Below, piece by piece: positions 1 through 9,841 of a DNA stretch of 64,000 nt; positions within the stretch are counted from its first letter, which is position 1, and each line of letters begins with the position of its first letter. The notes beneath the pieces were generated by a model. It saw nothing but the letters and a program-made list of their open reading frames with translations. It ran no database searches and had not been told where the DNA came from. The translations under genes and the position numbers were made by a program. The stretch lies in the IMG/VR virus record IMGVR_UViG_2913177423_000001, positions 1 through 64,000 of that record; one strand, 5' to 3'. Source of the stretch: a virus. Taxonomy: Duplodnaviria; Heunggongvirae; Uroviricota; Caudoviricetes.

Positions 1-4
1 CGAG

Positions 5-30
5 TTCTCTTAAACCAAGGTTTAAGATTA
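5..30. other. hix/gix/cix-like DNA-invertase crossover site
   Basis: 26-bp near-palindrome TTCTCTTAAACCAAGGTTTAAGATTA with AAACC-AA-GGTTT core typical of hix/gix sites; overlaps the stop codon of the adjacent invertase gene. Confidence 0.5.
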
Positions 31-609
31 AAAGGATGATGCCGGAAACTTTTTATAAAGCGTGGATACAGCAACATCATAGATAATTGCAATCTGCTTA
101 CGTGAGATGCCATTTTCCAGTAAACGGCGCATTTGCTGCCATGTTTCCTCTGGATATTTAGGCCGACGGCCTCCTATTCGGCCCTCTGCGCGAGCTGCAT
201 CAAGCCCGGCGCGAGTGCGCTCAATGATTAGTTCGCGCTCCATTTCAGCCAAGGCACCCATAACATGGAAGAAAAAACGCCCCATTGGTGTGCTGGTATC
301 GATGGAATCAGTGAGACTACGGAAATTAATGCCTCTGTCACGCAACTCTTCAACCAGCACAACCAGGTGGCGCATACTGCGCCCAAGCCTATCCAGCTTC
401 CAGACAACCAAAGTATCTCCTTCCGATAGTGTGCGTAGAACCTTTTTTAAACCAGGTCGATCGGCATTTTTCCCACTCGCCTTGTCCTCGAAAATTAGCT
501 CACATCCTGCGCATTCAAGCGCATTTCTCTGTAAGGCGGTGTTTTGGTCATTTGTTGATACGCGGATGTAACCAATAAGCATGTGCCTCCCCTTATATAT
601 GAACGGCAT
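28..609 (-). CDS. cin: serine recombinase, Hin/Gin/Cin-family DNA invertase
   Basis: 193-aa ORF; N-terminal GYIRVSTNDQ catalytic-serine motif, resolvase core VWKLDRLGRS, C-terminal HTH; close resemblance to P1 Cin and Mu Gin. Confidence 0.9.
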   Translation of the reverse strand: MPFIYKGRHMLIGYIRVSTNDQNTALQRNALECAGCELIFEDKASGKNADRPGLKKVLRTLSEGDTLVVWKLDRLGRSMRHLVVLVEELRDRGINFRSLTDSIDTSTPMGRFFFHVMGALAEMERELIIERTRAGLDAARAEGRIGGRRPKYPEETWQQMRRLLENGISRKQIAIIYDVAVSTLYKKFPASSF

Positions 610-672
610 TTTAGTTGGGAAATAACAAACTGGATAAGTTTAAGCGGCGTTAAACGTCATTTCTGGAGGGGT

Positions 673-999
673 ATGTTTGCAGATTATGAAAATCTGGCTG
701 TAGCAGTCATAACATCCCTGCTAAGTGGAACCGGTGTATTCCTTCTCGGGGTTAGGGACGGACGTATTTCTGCGTCACTGCTCAATCTCGCGAGTGAATT
801 GTTTACTGCGGTGACTGCCGGGCTTGCGGGGTTTTGGGTGGCGGATAGCTATGAATGGCCTGAAGGCATCATTTACTGCGTTGTTCTGATTGCCAGTAAC
901 AACGGTAGTGAAATTTTACAGGGCTTGAAGTCCAGAGCTAGCAACGTTTTGAATCTCTTAAGCGTAATAGCGAATGGGGGAAAAGGTGGAGAGAAATAA
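673..999 (+). CDS. small membrane protein, holin-like (position comparable to P1 lydA)
   Basis: ATG at 673 preceded by GGAGG; hydrophobic segments and charged C-terminus; the track start at 583 would overlap the invertase gene. Confidence 0.4.
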   Translation: MFADYENLAVAVITSLLSGTGVFLLGVRDGRISASLLNLASELFTAVTAGLAGFWVADSYEWPEGIIYCVVLIASNNGSEILQGLKSRASNVLNLLSVIANGGKGGEK

Positions 1000-1445
1000 T
1001 GGGTAACTTTGGGAATTATTTCATTTTTATCATGGCGTTTGTTGCCATCATTGACCGTTTCATTTTTCGTCGCAAGAGTGTTGAAATTTTGAGTATTGGT
1101 GACGCTGTAGTGAAAGAATCTGCTATCGCATTTCCTGTTTCGCTACGTGTTAAGCGAAGCTGGGTTAGCAATGCTCAAATCGAATATTGGCTGCAAGACC
1201 TGAAAAATCCATCTGTGGTTATTTCAGGGAAAACGCGACCAGTTGACGCTTCAAAACGCGGGGAGAGAGAAGAGTATTTGCTCATTGATACGAAATATCT
1301 TGAGCCAACGAAGTGGGATCTGAAAGTCACATTGACTAACGGTAACTGCCGACTGAATCCGCTTTATCGCATTTTCCCTATCAATGACTGCATAGAGCGC
1401 CAGTTTACGATCGAAAAACGTGAAGGAGACTGGAATGTCGAATAA
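999..1445 (+). CDS. hypothetical membrane-anchored protein (antiholin-like position)
   Basis: 148-aa ORF with N-terminal hydrophobic helix; start overlaps upstream stop. Confidence 0.4.
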   Translation: MGNFGNYFIFIMAFVAIIDRFIFRRKSVEILSIGDAVVKESAIAFPVSLRVKRSWVSNAQIEYWLQDLKNPSVVISGKTRPVDASKRGEREEYLLIDTKYLEPTKWDLKVTLTNGNCRLNPLYRIFPINDCIERQFTIEKREGDWNVE

Positions 1446-2052
1446 GGCTAATTATGTTCTTCTTAATTATGATGAGTTAAACGAAAAGGGACTGGCAAAA
1501 CTCGTCAAAGAAATCAGCAAAGGTGGTTACAAGATAGCGAGGGTGATCCCTGCCAGCAATGGCAGGAAGAAAGATGGGATCATGACACGCACGTTTACCC
1601 TTGTTGGTATTGATGAACAGACAATGGAAGTCCAGGTTAACGATACCGGAGATATATCTGGGATAAAACTGAACGGTAAAACAGTACCGTTCAAGCCAGT
1701 AAAAACAATGGCGGCTTTGGGGCAGTCTCTCGCGGCTTTATTTAATCGCGGAGCAACATCTTTCCAGAAATCATTAGCTCGAAAACTTGCTCGTGCAGCA
1801 AAAAATATTGATGAAGGAAATAAGAAGCGACAAGGGGTTAAATCCAACGCTCAGAAGTTAGCTGAAGCGAAAGAATCACGTGATGCGCTTCGTGAAGATA
1901 TCGCTAATGCTAACGACAAACTGGCTAAGATCCAAAGCAAGTCAGACAAGGCAATGCAAGATGCGGATAACGTTAAAGCGGCATTGTCTCAGGAACAAGC
2001 TAAGACGCGTGCGCTTAAAGAAGAAATCGCGCGTCTGGAGGATGAAGCATGA
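1435..2052 (+). CDS. hypothetical protein with C-terminal coiled coil
   Basis: ATG at 1435 with AAGGAG 6 nt upstream; Lys/Ala/Glu-rich C-terminus; stop overlaps next gene. Confidence 0.55.
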   Translation: MSNKANYVLLNYDELNEKGLAKLVKEISKGGYKIARVIPASNGRKKDGIMTRTFTLVGIDEQTMEVQVNDTGDISGIKLNGKTVPFKPVKTMAALGQSLAALFNRGATSFQKSLARKLARAAKNIDEGNKKRQGVKSNAQKLAEAKESRDALREDIANANDKLAKIQSKSDKAMQDADNVKAALSQEQAKTRALKEEIARLEDEA

Positions 2053-3998
2053 TTAAGAATCCCATACGGATCAATATTCAATCTACTTTCGCTGATACGA
2101 TTCCCGGTTATACACCGAGCCGCTGGTCTTCGGAGGATTTAAGTGAAGATGATCTGATTTTTGAAGCGGCTACATTAGAAGATATCGAGCTTGCCTATAT
2201 GGGCAATGAAATTCTTGTTGTGTCCGACGAAGCTATGTTTGAGGCCATTACTACGACCAGAATTAGGCTTGCACAAACAATGCGGGCTTTCGTGCGTGCG
2301 CTAAATCGTGGCTTGAATGGAACGAATATATCAGCAGGAACTGATGAAGCCGGGGCGGATGAAAATGGTCGGAATTGTATTGGCGGAGCAATTATCGGGC
2401 GTGTTCGTCGCGTAGCTAATATTCCTGTTTTAACAGCACAGATACCACTGACTGATGGGCAAAGCACAAGTATCATCTTCCACTCTCCAACCGCCGATGG
2501 CGCGAAAATCAAGAGTAATGATGAACTGGTTGCATTTCAGTTTTTACTTAATAAGCGTAACGTAACTCACGTTGTTGCCCCGATCGGCGGGAGAGATGTT
2601 TCTTTAAGCCAGGTTTGCCAGGCGCTTTCTAATTTGATTGAGCGTAACAGCGCAAAATTCAAGAAGGCAAAAGAGCGACAGGACAAAATGAAGGCGGATA
2701 TTGAGAGTTATCTCAATGAAGCTGATAAGCTGGCTGAAGAACGGTCAATGATGATTGAGCGGGTGGAAGTAGCGCAGCGTGGACTGACAGAAAAGCGCAA
2801 TGCCCTCGCGGAAATGCAGAAACAACTTGATGCACAGAAAGTCCTTAACGCAGAGTTGCAGGAAAAACGAGATAAGTTGCTGTCTTATAAAAAGAATAAA
2901 GCAAAAGAAAGAACTTTTAATGACCAACTTCGACACGTAAAACATAACCTTGCCACTGATGGTAAAACTACGCTGGATAACGGCGCTGTTGTAAATTATG
3001 TGACGTTAGATGGTGATAGCTTCGTTACGATCGCGGCACCAGAAGGTAATTTCAGTATTGATGTCGGTGACGTCAAAGGTGGCAGCCTGGCAGACGCGGC
3101 AACCAAACTACTTAAAGCCTATCGAGAACATAATGCTGATAAATACAAAGTAGATGTGTTGCCAGGACAGCCGGAGCCAACTGTTCAGTCACAGCCAGAA
3201 TTACAACAAGATTCTGATCCACAACCAGCATCTCCGCAAGATACTCAGCATGTAGGCAAATACCGCTATGCTCTTCAATCGCGCCCGGCGGGGGTTGGTG
3301 CGGTGCCGGATGGAAATACAGCCGTGCTTGACCGTCCCGACCAGGCTGACCCGTATTACGAGTATGCTCGTTACGGGATCATTACGTATGACCGTAAACT
3401 GACAGATGAAGAAGTCAGTCAGTATGAATTACGCTATCTACCTGATGACGATGAACTGAAAAATATGGCGGGGGAACTGGTTGCGTCCAGCATGGCAAAA
3501 CACATTGATGGCTATGTAGACCTGTTTGGCAGTGACTTGAAAACATTCAAGGCGCAAGTAAAAATTCTTTTCCGCAAAGAGTTTCCGAACGTGGCTTATC
3601 CGCTTGGTGATGGGGAGAACCTTTTCATTATGGACGTATATAACGCCCTTCAAAATCATTCAAACGAAGCAACGCCAGAGCCTGAATTAGCACCTGTAGT
3701 TGAGCCAGAATCACACCCACAAACAGAACCAGAGCAACAGCCAACGCCGGAAGATGCTGGAGAAGCGGCAACTGAAGCTGATCAGGAAGCAGATAAAGCG
3801 TTGGAGTACCTTAAATCCGTCCCGGTGCAGTTTACATCCCGCGATCTGACGGTAATCAGTGCCGAACTTGACCATGTGCAGGAAGCTGCAAACGCTCTTA
3901 TCAGTGCTGGTCGATACGACGAGAACGAATCAACGGTTGGCGCAGCAGTTGACTACCTGATCAACATTCTGGCTGAAATTCAGCAGGGAGGTGCTTAA
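2049..3998 (+). CDS. large acidic coiled-coil protein, possible DarA-like head-internal protein
   Basis: 649-aa ORF coupled to upstream gene; size and position after invertase and lysis-like genes recall the P1 darA operon; no motif-level confirmation. Confidence 0.5.
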   Translation: MIKNPIRINIQSTFADTIPGYTPSRWSSEDLSEDDLIFEAATLEDIELAYMGNEILVVSDEAMFEAITTTRIRLAQTMRAFVRALNRGLNGTNISAGTDEAGADENGRNCIGGAIIGRVRRVANIPVLTAQIPLTDGQSTSIIFHSPTADGAKIKSNDELVAFQFLLNKRNVTHVVAPIGGRDVSLSQVCQALSNLIERNSAKFKKAKERQDKMKADIESYLNEADKLAEERSMMIERVEVAQRGLTEKRNALAEMQKQLDAQKVLNAELQEKRDKLLSYKKNKAKERTFNDQLRHVKHNLATDGKTTLDNGAVVNYVTLDGDSFVTIAAPEGNFSIDVGDVKGGSLADAATKLLKAYREHNADKYKVDVLPGQPEPTVQSQPELQQDSDPQPASPQDTQHVGKYRYALQSRPAGVGAVPDGNTAVLDRPDQADPYYEYARYGIITYDRKLTDEEVSQYELRYLPDDDELKNMAGELVASSMAKHIDGYVDLFGSDLKTFKAQVKILFRKEFPNVAYPLGDGENLFIMDVYNALQNHSNEATPEPELAPVVEPESHPQTEPEQQPTPEDAGEAATEADQEADKALEYLKSVPVQFTSRDLTVISAELDHVQEAANALISAGRYDENESTVGAAVDYLINILAEIQQGGA

Positions 3999-4366
3999 TG
4001 ACTATCTCTGTTTTAGACCGTCTGAAATTGGGTAAAGAGCTATCAGATTTAATGCAGGCGCAGAAAACCGCGCCAGTATTACAACGCGTCGCAATTGGTA
4101 AGCAGATTGTTGATCTGATGCTTAAGCTGGGGCTGGGTGCTGCCGCTCAACCGATATCGGAACCGCAACCACAGTCTGATCCTGTTGCAGATGAAGTTCC
4201 TAAGATAGTGACTGACTTCTTGGGCGGTGTGTTCACAAAGTCGACACAAATGGAATTTATTGATGCGCTGCGTGGGATCTCAAACTATGTTGGCGAGTTC
4301 CTTACGTTGGAGCAGGCTAAAGAGCAGACCATCGGTTGGGTTAAAGCCAACGGATATGCCGGGTAA
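3998..4366 (+). CDS. hypothetical protein (122 aa)
   Basis: ATGA-coupled to the upstream gene; same operon. Confidence 0.55.
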   Translation: MTISVLDRLKLGKELSDLMQAQKTAPVLQRVAIGKQIVDLMLKLGLGAAAQPISEPQPQSDPVADEVPKIVTDFLGGVFTKSTQMEFIDALRGISNYVGEFLTLEQAKEQTIGWVKANGYAG

Positions 4367-4370
4367 TCAA

Positions 4371-4392
4371 AAGGGGCTGAAATGCCCCTTTC
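4371..4392 (+). terminator. putative intrinsic terminator or attenuator
   Basis: hairpin AAGGGGC-tgaaat-GCCCCTT just after stop of 3998..4366; weak U-tract. Confidence 0.4.
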
Positions 4393-4460
4393 ACTTATCT
4401 GTTCTCACATAAATCACACACTTTTTACACTTCCAGCTTTCTCTATAGGGGGAGTGTATT

Positions 4461-5846
4461 TTGAACAAGTCAGTTACTTCTGCGCTTTCCGAGGCCGCAG
4501 ACATTAACAGCGTCATTGCTCTGGTTTCTTCATTAGAGAGGAAGGAAACACGCCTGGGGCGAAGTAGCTACGTAGTCACCAGCAAAGGCGCAGAGGTAAA
4601 GACAGCTTTTAAGGTTGTTGATGCCAGTAGCCTAATCATTTCGAATAACCTTGACGGTACGATTAACACTGCATTCCCGGAAGAACTCCAGCCACGTGAT
4701 CGTACACGTCTATCTAGCAAACTTCAGGTTAACCGTATTGCCTCCAATTTACGCCCAGCACAATTAACGGATTCAGGAATGAGTAGCCACGGAGCGCCAA
4801 TAGTTGGGCCTGACAACGTTGTTGAATCTGGTAATGGAAGGAGTATGGGGATCTGGCGCGCCTATGAGCAAGGACAGGCAGATGAATATCGCCAGTACCT
4901 GATCGACCATGCGAAAGAGTTTGGTCTGAATCCTGACGAAATTTCGCAAATGTCTATGCCCGTACTGGTGCGTGAAAGACTCACTGATGTAGATCGTGCG
5001 CAGTTCGCTCGCGATTCCAACATAAGTGATCTGCAAGAGATGGCGGCGAGTGAGAAAGCGTATGCTGATGCGCAATTCCTCACTGAGAGCGTCATGGCGC
5101 TATTTAATCCTTCAGAAGATGGAAATCTACTGGCGCGGTCCAATGATGCTTTTATTCGTGCGTTTTTGCGCGAAATAGGCGATACCGCGACGGCGGGTTT
5201 GCTTACTGCCGATGGGCGCCCTACGAAACAGCTGATCGACCGCATCCAGAATGCGATTTTTGCCAAAGCCTACAAAGATGAGCGACTGGTCCGGTTGGTG
5301 GCGGAAGAGCCAGATCCGGAAATGCGTAACATCCTGACCGCACTCAATACGGCAGCCAGCGATTTTGCGCAAATGCAGTCGCTGTCTGGCGACGTTCACC
5401 ATGACGCCGTAACTGGTTTAGTGGACGGTATAGAGCAGGTTAACGGTCTGGATACACAGGCAATTGCGGCACTCCAGGAAGCAATCAATCTTGTTCGTGA
5501 AGCCAAAGACAACGGTCAGGCCGTTGAAGAAGTGATCGCCCAAAGGGGGTTATTCGGCGACAGCACGCCAGAAGCAGAGGCGTTGGCGCTATTCATCGTA
5601 GCAAATAATCGTAGCGCGAAGCGTATGGGGGCAGCATTCAAAAAAATGGCGCAAAAAATCAACGACGAGCTGATTCATAAACAACAGGCGCTTGGCGATA
5701 TGTTCGGTGGTGAAGAAGTCGATTTGCGCAGTATTTTGTCTGTTGTTTCTGATGAAATTGAGGCTGAGTTTGGTGAAGGGAAAGGTCTGAACTTTGCTAT
5801 GTTCGAAAATTCTACAGCCCTAAATAATTGCAGTACGGAAAACTAA
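4461..5846 (+). CDS. hypothetical protein (461 aa), possible virion-associated protein
   Basis: long ORF; TTG start at 4461 preceded by GGGGGAG; no recognisable catalytic motif. Confidence 0.55.
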   Translation: MNKSVTSALSEAADINSVIALVSSLERKETRLGRSSYVVTSKGAEVKTAFKVVDASSLIISNNLDGTINTAFPEELQPRDRTRLSSKLQVNRIASNLRPAQLTDSGMSSHGAPIVGPDNVVESGNGRSMGIWRAYEQGQADEYRQYLIDHAKEFGLNPDEISQMSMPVLVRERLTDVDRAQFARDSNISDLQEMAASEKAYADAQFLTESVMALFNPSEDGNLLARSNDAFIRAFLREIGDTATAGLLTADGRPTKQLIDRIQNAIFAKAYKDERLVRLVAEEPDPEMRNILTALNTAASDFAQMQSLSGDVHHDAVTGLVDGIEQVNGLDTQAIAALQEAINLVREAKDNGQAVEEVIAQRGLFGDSTPEAEALALFIVANNRSAKRMGAAFKKMAQKINDELIHKQQALGDMFGGEEVDLRSILSVVSDEIEAEFGEGKGLNFAMFENSTALNNCSTEN

Positions 5847-5910
5847 ACCAACCGCTGAAATCACATACTGATTATGCTGCCGCGAAACTGGAAACAATTC
5901 GCGGTGATTC

Positions 5911-7593
5911 ATGGCAACGAAAGACAAAAACAAAGGTTTTCTGTCGGCATTGAAGAAAGCCTTCAACGGTGGTGATGTTACGCCCGCCGATCCGGTCGTT
6001 TTTACGAGCGGGCATAGTGTCGTTGCTCGTTCCGGCCTGTCCGCTTTACGTCCAGGCATCCTGGGGGGCAACAGCGATGGCATGACGAGTGCAGCAGATT
6101 CAATTTCTTTATCCGCTGAACTGCCCGGCGAGCGCCTGCAAAAGTACAACATCCTGGAAACGATGGCTAAAAGCCCGACTATCTCGACGGCTTTAAACAT
6201 TCACATTGCACATGCGCTTGCGCCTTCAAAAAAAACCGGGCTGGCATTCACGCTTTCGCCAAAAGATGGTTCCGATGCCGAGGCGGTAAGTAGATGTGAA
6301 GAGTTAACCGCAGATTTAGGGGCGATGATTAATGACGGTCTGCCTTCATGGGCCATGATTATGGCGATCTTTGGGGTGTCTTATGTCCGACCTTATGCTG
6401 AACAGGGCAGAGGGATAACTGGCATTGAATCCAGTTATTACACTCTTCCACACTTCGTCCAGGAATTTTATCGCGGTAGCCAGCTGGTCGGTTTCAGTGG
6501 TGATTACATTCTGGATACGCATAGTTTGCGCAGGGTAATAACCGAACCGTGGAATCTTGTTTCCATGAAAAACCCGTATTGGACGCCGCAGCATAAGGTT
6601 ATTCCGGTTAGCTACGGTACAAAAGGGTATTCACTGTTAAGTGATCAGGCTGATAAGCCGTTAATGGAGACGCAGAATTACGGAACTTCATTCCTGGAAT
6701 ACAGTTATGAACCCTACCTGAATTTATGTGCTGCGCTCGCCGCGCTGAAATCAACTCGAAATAATGCAGCCAAAATTGACCGTCTGATTGCTCTTACGAC
6801 GAACACACTGGACCCAGTTAATGCGGCTAACTATACGCGTGGCGTCAGCCAGGCATTGAAGCGTCATAGTGACCTGGTGGCACAAAGATCGATTAATGCC
6901 AACGCTATTCCTACGGTGCTTAACCATCTGATACCAGTTATGGGCGATGGGAAGAACGGCATCACTATTGATACGCAGTCTATACCCGCAGATATCAGCG
7001 GAATTGAAGACGTTATGTTTCATCTTCGTCAGTTAGCGGCCAGTTTAGGCATTGACGCCACGATGCTCGGTTGGGCAGATCAAATGAGTGGCGGGCTTGG
7101 AGAGGGAGGATGGCAACAAACTGCTATCCAAGCTGCATTACGTGCGAACTGGATCAGACAGGCCGCCCAGCGAACTATTTATCGGCTTCATGACATTCAC
7201 CTCGCCTACAAATACGGGAAGGTTTACACCGAAACAAACCGCCCGTATGACGTGCAATTCAACTCAATGAACACGGCTATCCAGGAGGAAGAAAACCGAG
7301 AACTGGATGCGCGCGCCAACTTTGTAGCTGTCATCTCGCAAATTATGGACCAGGTCCAGAACAACCCGAAACTGGCTGGTAGCGACGCGTTTATGCGCTA
7401 TCTGTTCACCGAACAGCTGCACATCGACGATGACACTCTCAATACCATGATCAAAGAGTTTAAGGCGAATGAATCAGAGCAAAACAACGAGCATGGCATG
7501 TACGAATCCGCGCCGTTGTCGTCAGGCGACAATCCAGAAAACTGGACGCTAGAGCAGTTAATCAACTTTGCAAAATTTGTGATGAGCAATTAA
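5911..7593 (+). CDS. hypothetical 560-aa protein, portal-protein candidate by size and context only
   Basis: ATG at 5911; long ORF in same rightward operon; no diagnostic motif seen. Confidence 0.4.
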   Translation: MATKDKNKGFLSALKKAFNGGDVTPADPVVFTSGHSVVARSGLSALRPGILGGNSDGMTSAADSISLSAELPGERLQKYNILETMAKSPTISTALNIHIAHALAPSKKTGLAFTLSPKDGSDAEAVSRCEELTADLGAMINDGLPSWAMIMAIFGVSYVRPYAEQGRGITGIESSYYTLPHFVQEFYRGSQLVGFSGDYILDTHSLRRVITEPWNLVSMKNPYWTPQHKVIPVSYGTKGYSLLSDQADKPLMETQNYGTSFLEYSYEPYLNLCAALAALKSTRNNAAKIDRLIALTTNTLDPVNAANYTRGVSQALKRHSDLVAQRSINANAIPTVLNHLIPVMGDGKNGITIDTQSIPADISGIEDVMFHLRQLAASLGIDATMLGWADQMSGGLGEGGWQQTAIQAALRANWIRQAAQRTIYRLHDIHLAYKYGKVYTETNRPYDVQFNSMNTAIQEEENRELDARANFVAVISQIMDQVQNNPKLAGSDAFMRYLFTEQLHIDDDTLNTMIKEFKANESEQNNEHGMYESAPLSSGDNPENWTLEQLINFAKFVMSN

Positions 7594-7606
7594 CCGGAGG
7601 GAAATA

Positions 7607-8605
7607 ATGCAATCACTGAACACTGTTACGGATCGCTTCTCCCTGGTAGAGAAAATCCGCAAACACACACCGCAGAACAATCGAAATTACGTTATTCAGT
7701 CGGTGCGAGACACATTCAACTCCCCAGAAACAAAAGAGCGTATCGCACTTGGTGAGATGTATGGCTATTACGGACATGGTCGCCGGGCGATGCACTATAA
7801 CAAAACGAAAAGCCTGAACCTGCCGGAAGTCTCTGTTGTGATGGTTGATGGGAAACCTGTTGTATTGGAGAACGTGCCATCAAACAGGACTATCGACATT
7901 TCGATTGACGACAACGGCATTGTTACCCATACGCAGGAAATACTGGATACAGACACCGGGCGTATTGTACAGGGAATGATTAATTCTGGTGCGGGTGGTT
8001 GGTCGTGGGCTACATCTGGCCCAGATTCATCTGTATCTCTGGTAAAGTCTTTTCACGGCTTTGATTACGTAACTGTGCCTAACTATATCAGTCTGGACAA
8101 GAAAAGCCTGATGCTGGAATCAGCAGAAGAGCGCGACGCGGCTATTCATGCGGCACTTATCGAACAAGGTTTTACCGATAACGCGGCTACGGATCTTGTT
8201 CACCACTTTTCAGCAATGAAGAATCAGCAGGCTATTTTCGAGTCAGCACAGCGTGAAGCCCTTGAGTCAGAATTGATGCTCCTTGAAGTGGAAAATATGC
8301 AACTTCGCGACAAATTACGCAACCAGGCCGAAATGATGGAAAGCCAAGGCGAAGATGCGAAGAAATGCCGTAGGATTTTGCGTGATGCTATCCAGGAAAT
8401 GCCTGTTTTTATCAGCGCAGAACAGCGCCGGGCGCTCTGCCGTATGCAGTCTGAAGATGATGCTCGCATAGTGGCTGCGATGCTTGAATCTCTGGGGGCA
8501 AATGCGACTTATGGCTTGCCGATATCAGGCAAGAAAGAGCCGGAGTTATCGCCGAAGGAGAGCAAAAATACTACCCCATTACTCTTCGTTTCGCGACGGG
8601 CATAA
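7607..8605 (+). CDS. hypothetical 332-aa protein with C-terminal coiled coil
   Basis: ORF 13 bp downstream of preceding gene; last gene of the block before a terminator. Confidence 0.5.
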   Translation: MQSLNTVTDRFSLVEKIRKHTPQNNRNYVIQSVRDTFNSPETKERIALGEMYGYYGHGRRAMHYNKTKSLNLPEVSVVMVDGKPVVLENVPSNRTIDISIDDNGIVTHTQEILDTDTGRIVQGMINSGAGGWSWATSGPDSSVSLVKSFHGFDYVTVPNYISLDKKSLMLESAEERDAAIHAALIEQGFTDNAATDLVHHFSAMKNQQAIFESAQREALESELMLLEVENMQLRDKLRNQAEMMESQGEDAKKCRRILRDAIQEMPVFISAEQRRALCRMQSEDDARIVAAMLESLGANATYGLPISGKKEPELSPKESKNTTPLLFVSRRA

Positions 8606-8615
8606 CTGCCATATG

Positions 8616-8632
8616 AAATTAAATTTCTAACA
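8616..8632 (-). promoter_or_regulatory. C1-like operator motif copy
   Basis: AAATTAAATTTCTAACA, reverse complement of the recurrent TGTTAGAAAATTAATTT motif. Confidence 0.5.
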
Positions 8633-8720
8633 TAGTGTATTTATATACACTGTTGATCCTGTCCGATGTGATCGAGTAGGATCGCGGTCACTGCTCCGGT
8701 AGCGACTGCCAAAAAAAAGC

Positions 8721-8746
8721 AAAAGCCGCTGAGAAGCGGCTTTTTG
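8721..8746. terminator. bidirectional intrinsic terminator
   Basis: GCCGCT-gaga-AGCGGC hairpin flanked by A-run upstream and T-run downstream. Confidence 0.7.
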
Positions 8747-8748
8747 GT

Positions 8749-8776
8749 GTATAAATCTACGGACATAGATTTATAC
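8749..8776. promoter_or_regulatory. perfect 11-bp inverted repeat, candidate operator
   Basis: GTATAAATCTA-cggaca-TAGATTTATAC immediately upstream of gene 8806..9768. Confidence 0.4.
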
Positions 8777-8805
8777 GGTAGATAGATTTTTCACGGAACT
8801 ATCTG

Positions 8806-9768
8806 GTGAATATTTTAAATTCAGTTTCAGTAACTTTCAACACTTCTGAGTATAAAAACAACACTGAATACCACAAAAAAATCAAAGGTCATCAGTTGAG
8901 TTTTTTTGCTCGCCACTGTGGTTTTCTTTCCCCTTCACATAGCGCCATTATTGCCGAGTTCGCCAACCTGGCAGGGGCTACCGATGAATACATGATCCGT
9001 CGCTCATATGCCGATATGTCAGATATTACGGGACGCAGTATTTCAACTGTACGCCGGGCATTTGCTGAAGCGACGAAGTGTGGAATGCTTGTTAAACAAC
9101 ACCAGGTGGCGAATAACAATGCCCAGGTTTGTAACGTATATCGGTTTACAACACAATTTCTCCACTTCATTCATGTTGCAATGGAGATCGGGGGTAAGCA
9201 GGGCATTAAATTTGCCAACGCAACAAAACTGGTTAAGCAGTTGATTTCAAAGGTTCGTTATTTTTTTGAAACTGGGAACCCCCTGTTCAAATTGAACAAG
9301 TCCCCCCATGTTCAAAATGAACAGCCAATAGAAAATAAGAGTAAACCCATAACCAAAAGAAGAGAAAGATCATGCGCGGTTCAGCCGAAGGCTTCACCAG
9401 CAGATAGTTCTCAAGCGGGTAATGGCTTACTGGATAAAAAACCAGTGATTAGAGAAGAGCATGTCAACCACAGCCTGGCTGCGGCAAAAGCGAGAGCTGC
9501 AAAGCGTCGTTCAGACGAGGGCTATGCAAAACAACAGGCTCTGTATCGTACCGCTGAAAAGCTGGCAAAAAAATTTGCATGGATACGTAATGCAGCTGCC
9601 GCAGTGAATAAGCCCAAACCATCCAGTGCTCTGGATTTCTCTATGGATTATTCTGGCTATCAGGGATGTAAAACAGTTGCTGAAGCCTTTGAACTGATGA
9701 AACAGCGTGGCTATCAGTCTGAATTTGACCGTGAAGATTGGTCAGTTCCAGCGGGCTTCAGAGGATGA
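8806..9768 (+). CDS. winged-helix DNA-binding protein, possible regulator or replication initiator
   Basis: 320-aa ORF with GTG start; HTH-like segment DITGRSISTVRRAFAEATKCGMLVK; basic C-terminal region. Confidence 0.4.
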   Translation: MNILNSVSVTFNTSEYKNNTEYHKKIKGHQLSFFARHCGFLSPSHSAIIAEFANLAGATDEYMIRRSYADMSDITGRSISTVRRAFAEATKCGMLVKQHQVANNNAQVCNVYRFTTQFLHFIHVAMEIGGKQGIKFANATKLVKQLISKVRYFFETGNPLFKLNKSPHVQNEQPIENKSKPITKRRERSCAVQPKASPADSSQAGNGLLDKKPVIREEHVNHSLAAAKARAAKRRSDEGYAKQQALYRTAEKLAKKFAWIRNAAAAVNKPKPSSALDFSMDYSGYQGCKTVAEAFELMKQRGYQSEFDREDWSVPAGFRG

Positions 9769-9824
9769 CTCGCGAGTGCCTACAAAATATCCCAATGACC
9801 GGAAAATGTTCGCTCGGAAATTTG

Positions 9825-9841
9825 TGTTAGAAAATTAATTT
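9825..9841 (+). promoter_or_regulatory. C1-like operator motif copy
   Basis: TGTTAGAAAATTAATTT, exact match to the inferred consensus. Confidence 0.5.

Noticed and set aside
583-672. N-terminal extension of track ORF 583..999 overlapping the invertase gene
   Set aside because: A GGAGG plus ATG at 673 gives a sensible start for a small membrane protein; the upstream codons are the antisense of the invertase 5-prime end.
610-1445. Possible invertible tail-fibre segment to the right of the invertase
   Set aside because: ORFs here are small plus-strand membrane proteins, there are no opposing tail-fibre C-terminal exons, and no second hix-like site was found.
4773-5402. Minus-strand ORFs 4773..5075, 4862..5266, 5127..5402
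   Set aside because: Nested antisense to the 461-aa gene 4461..5846; no independent support.
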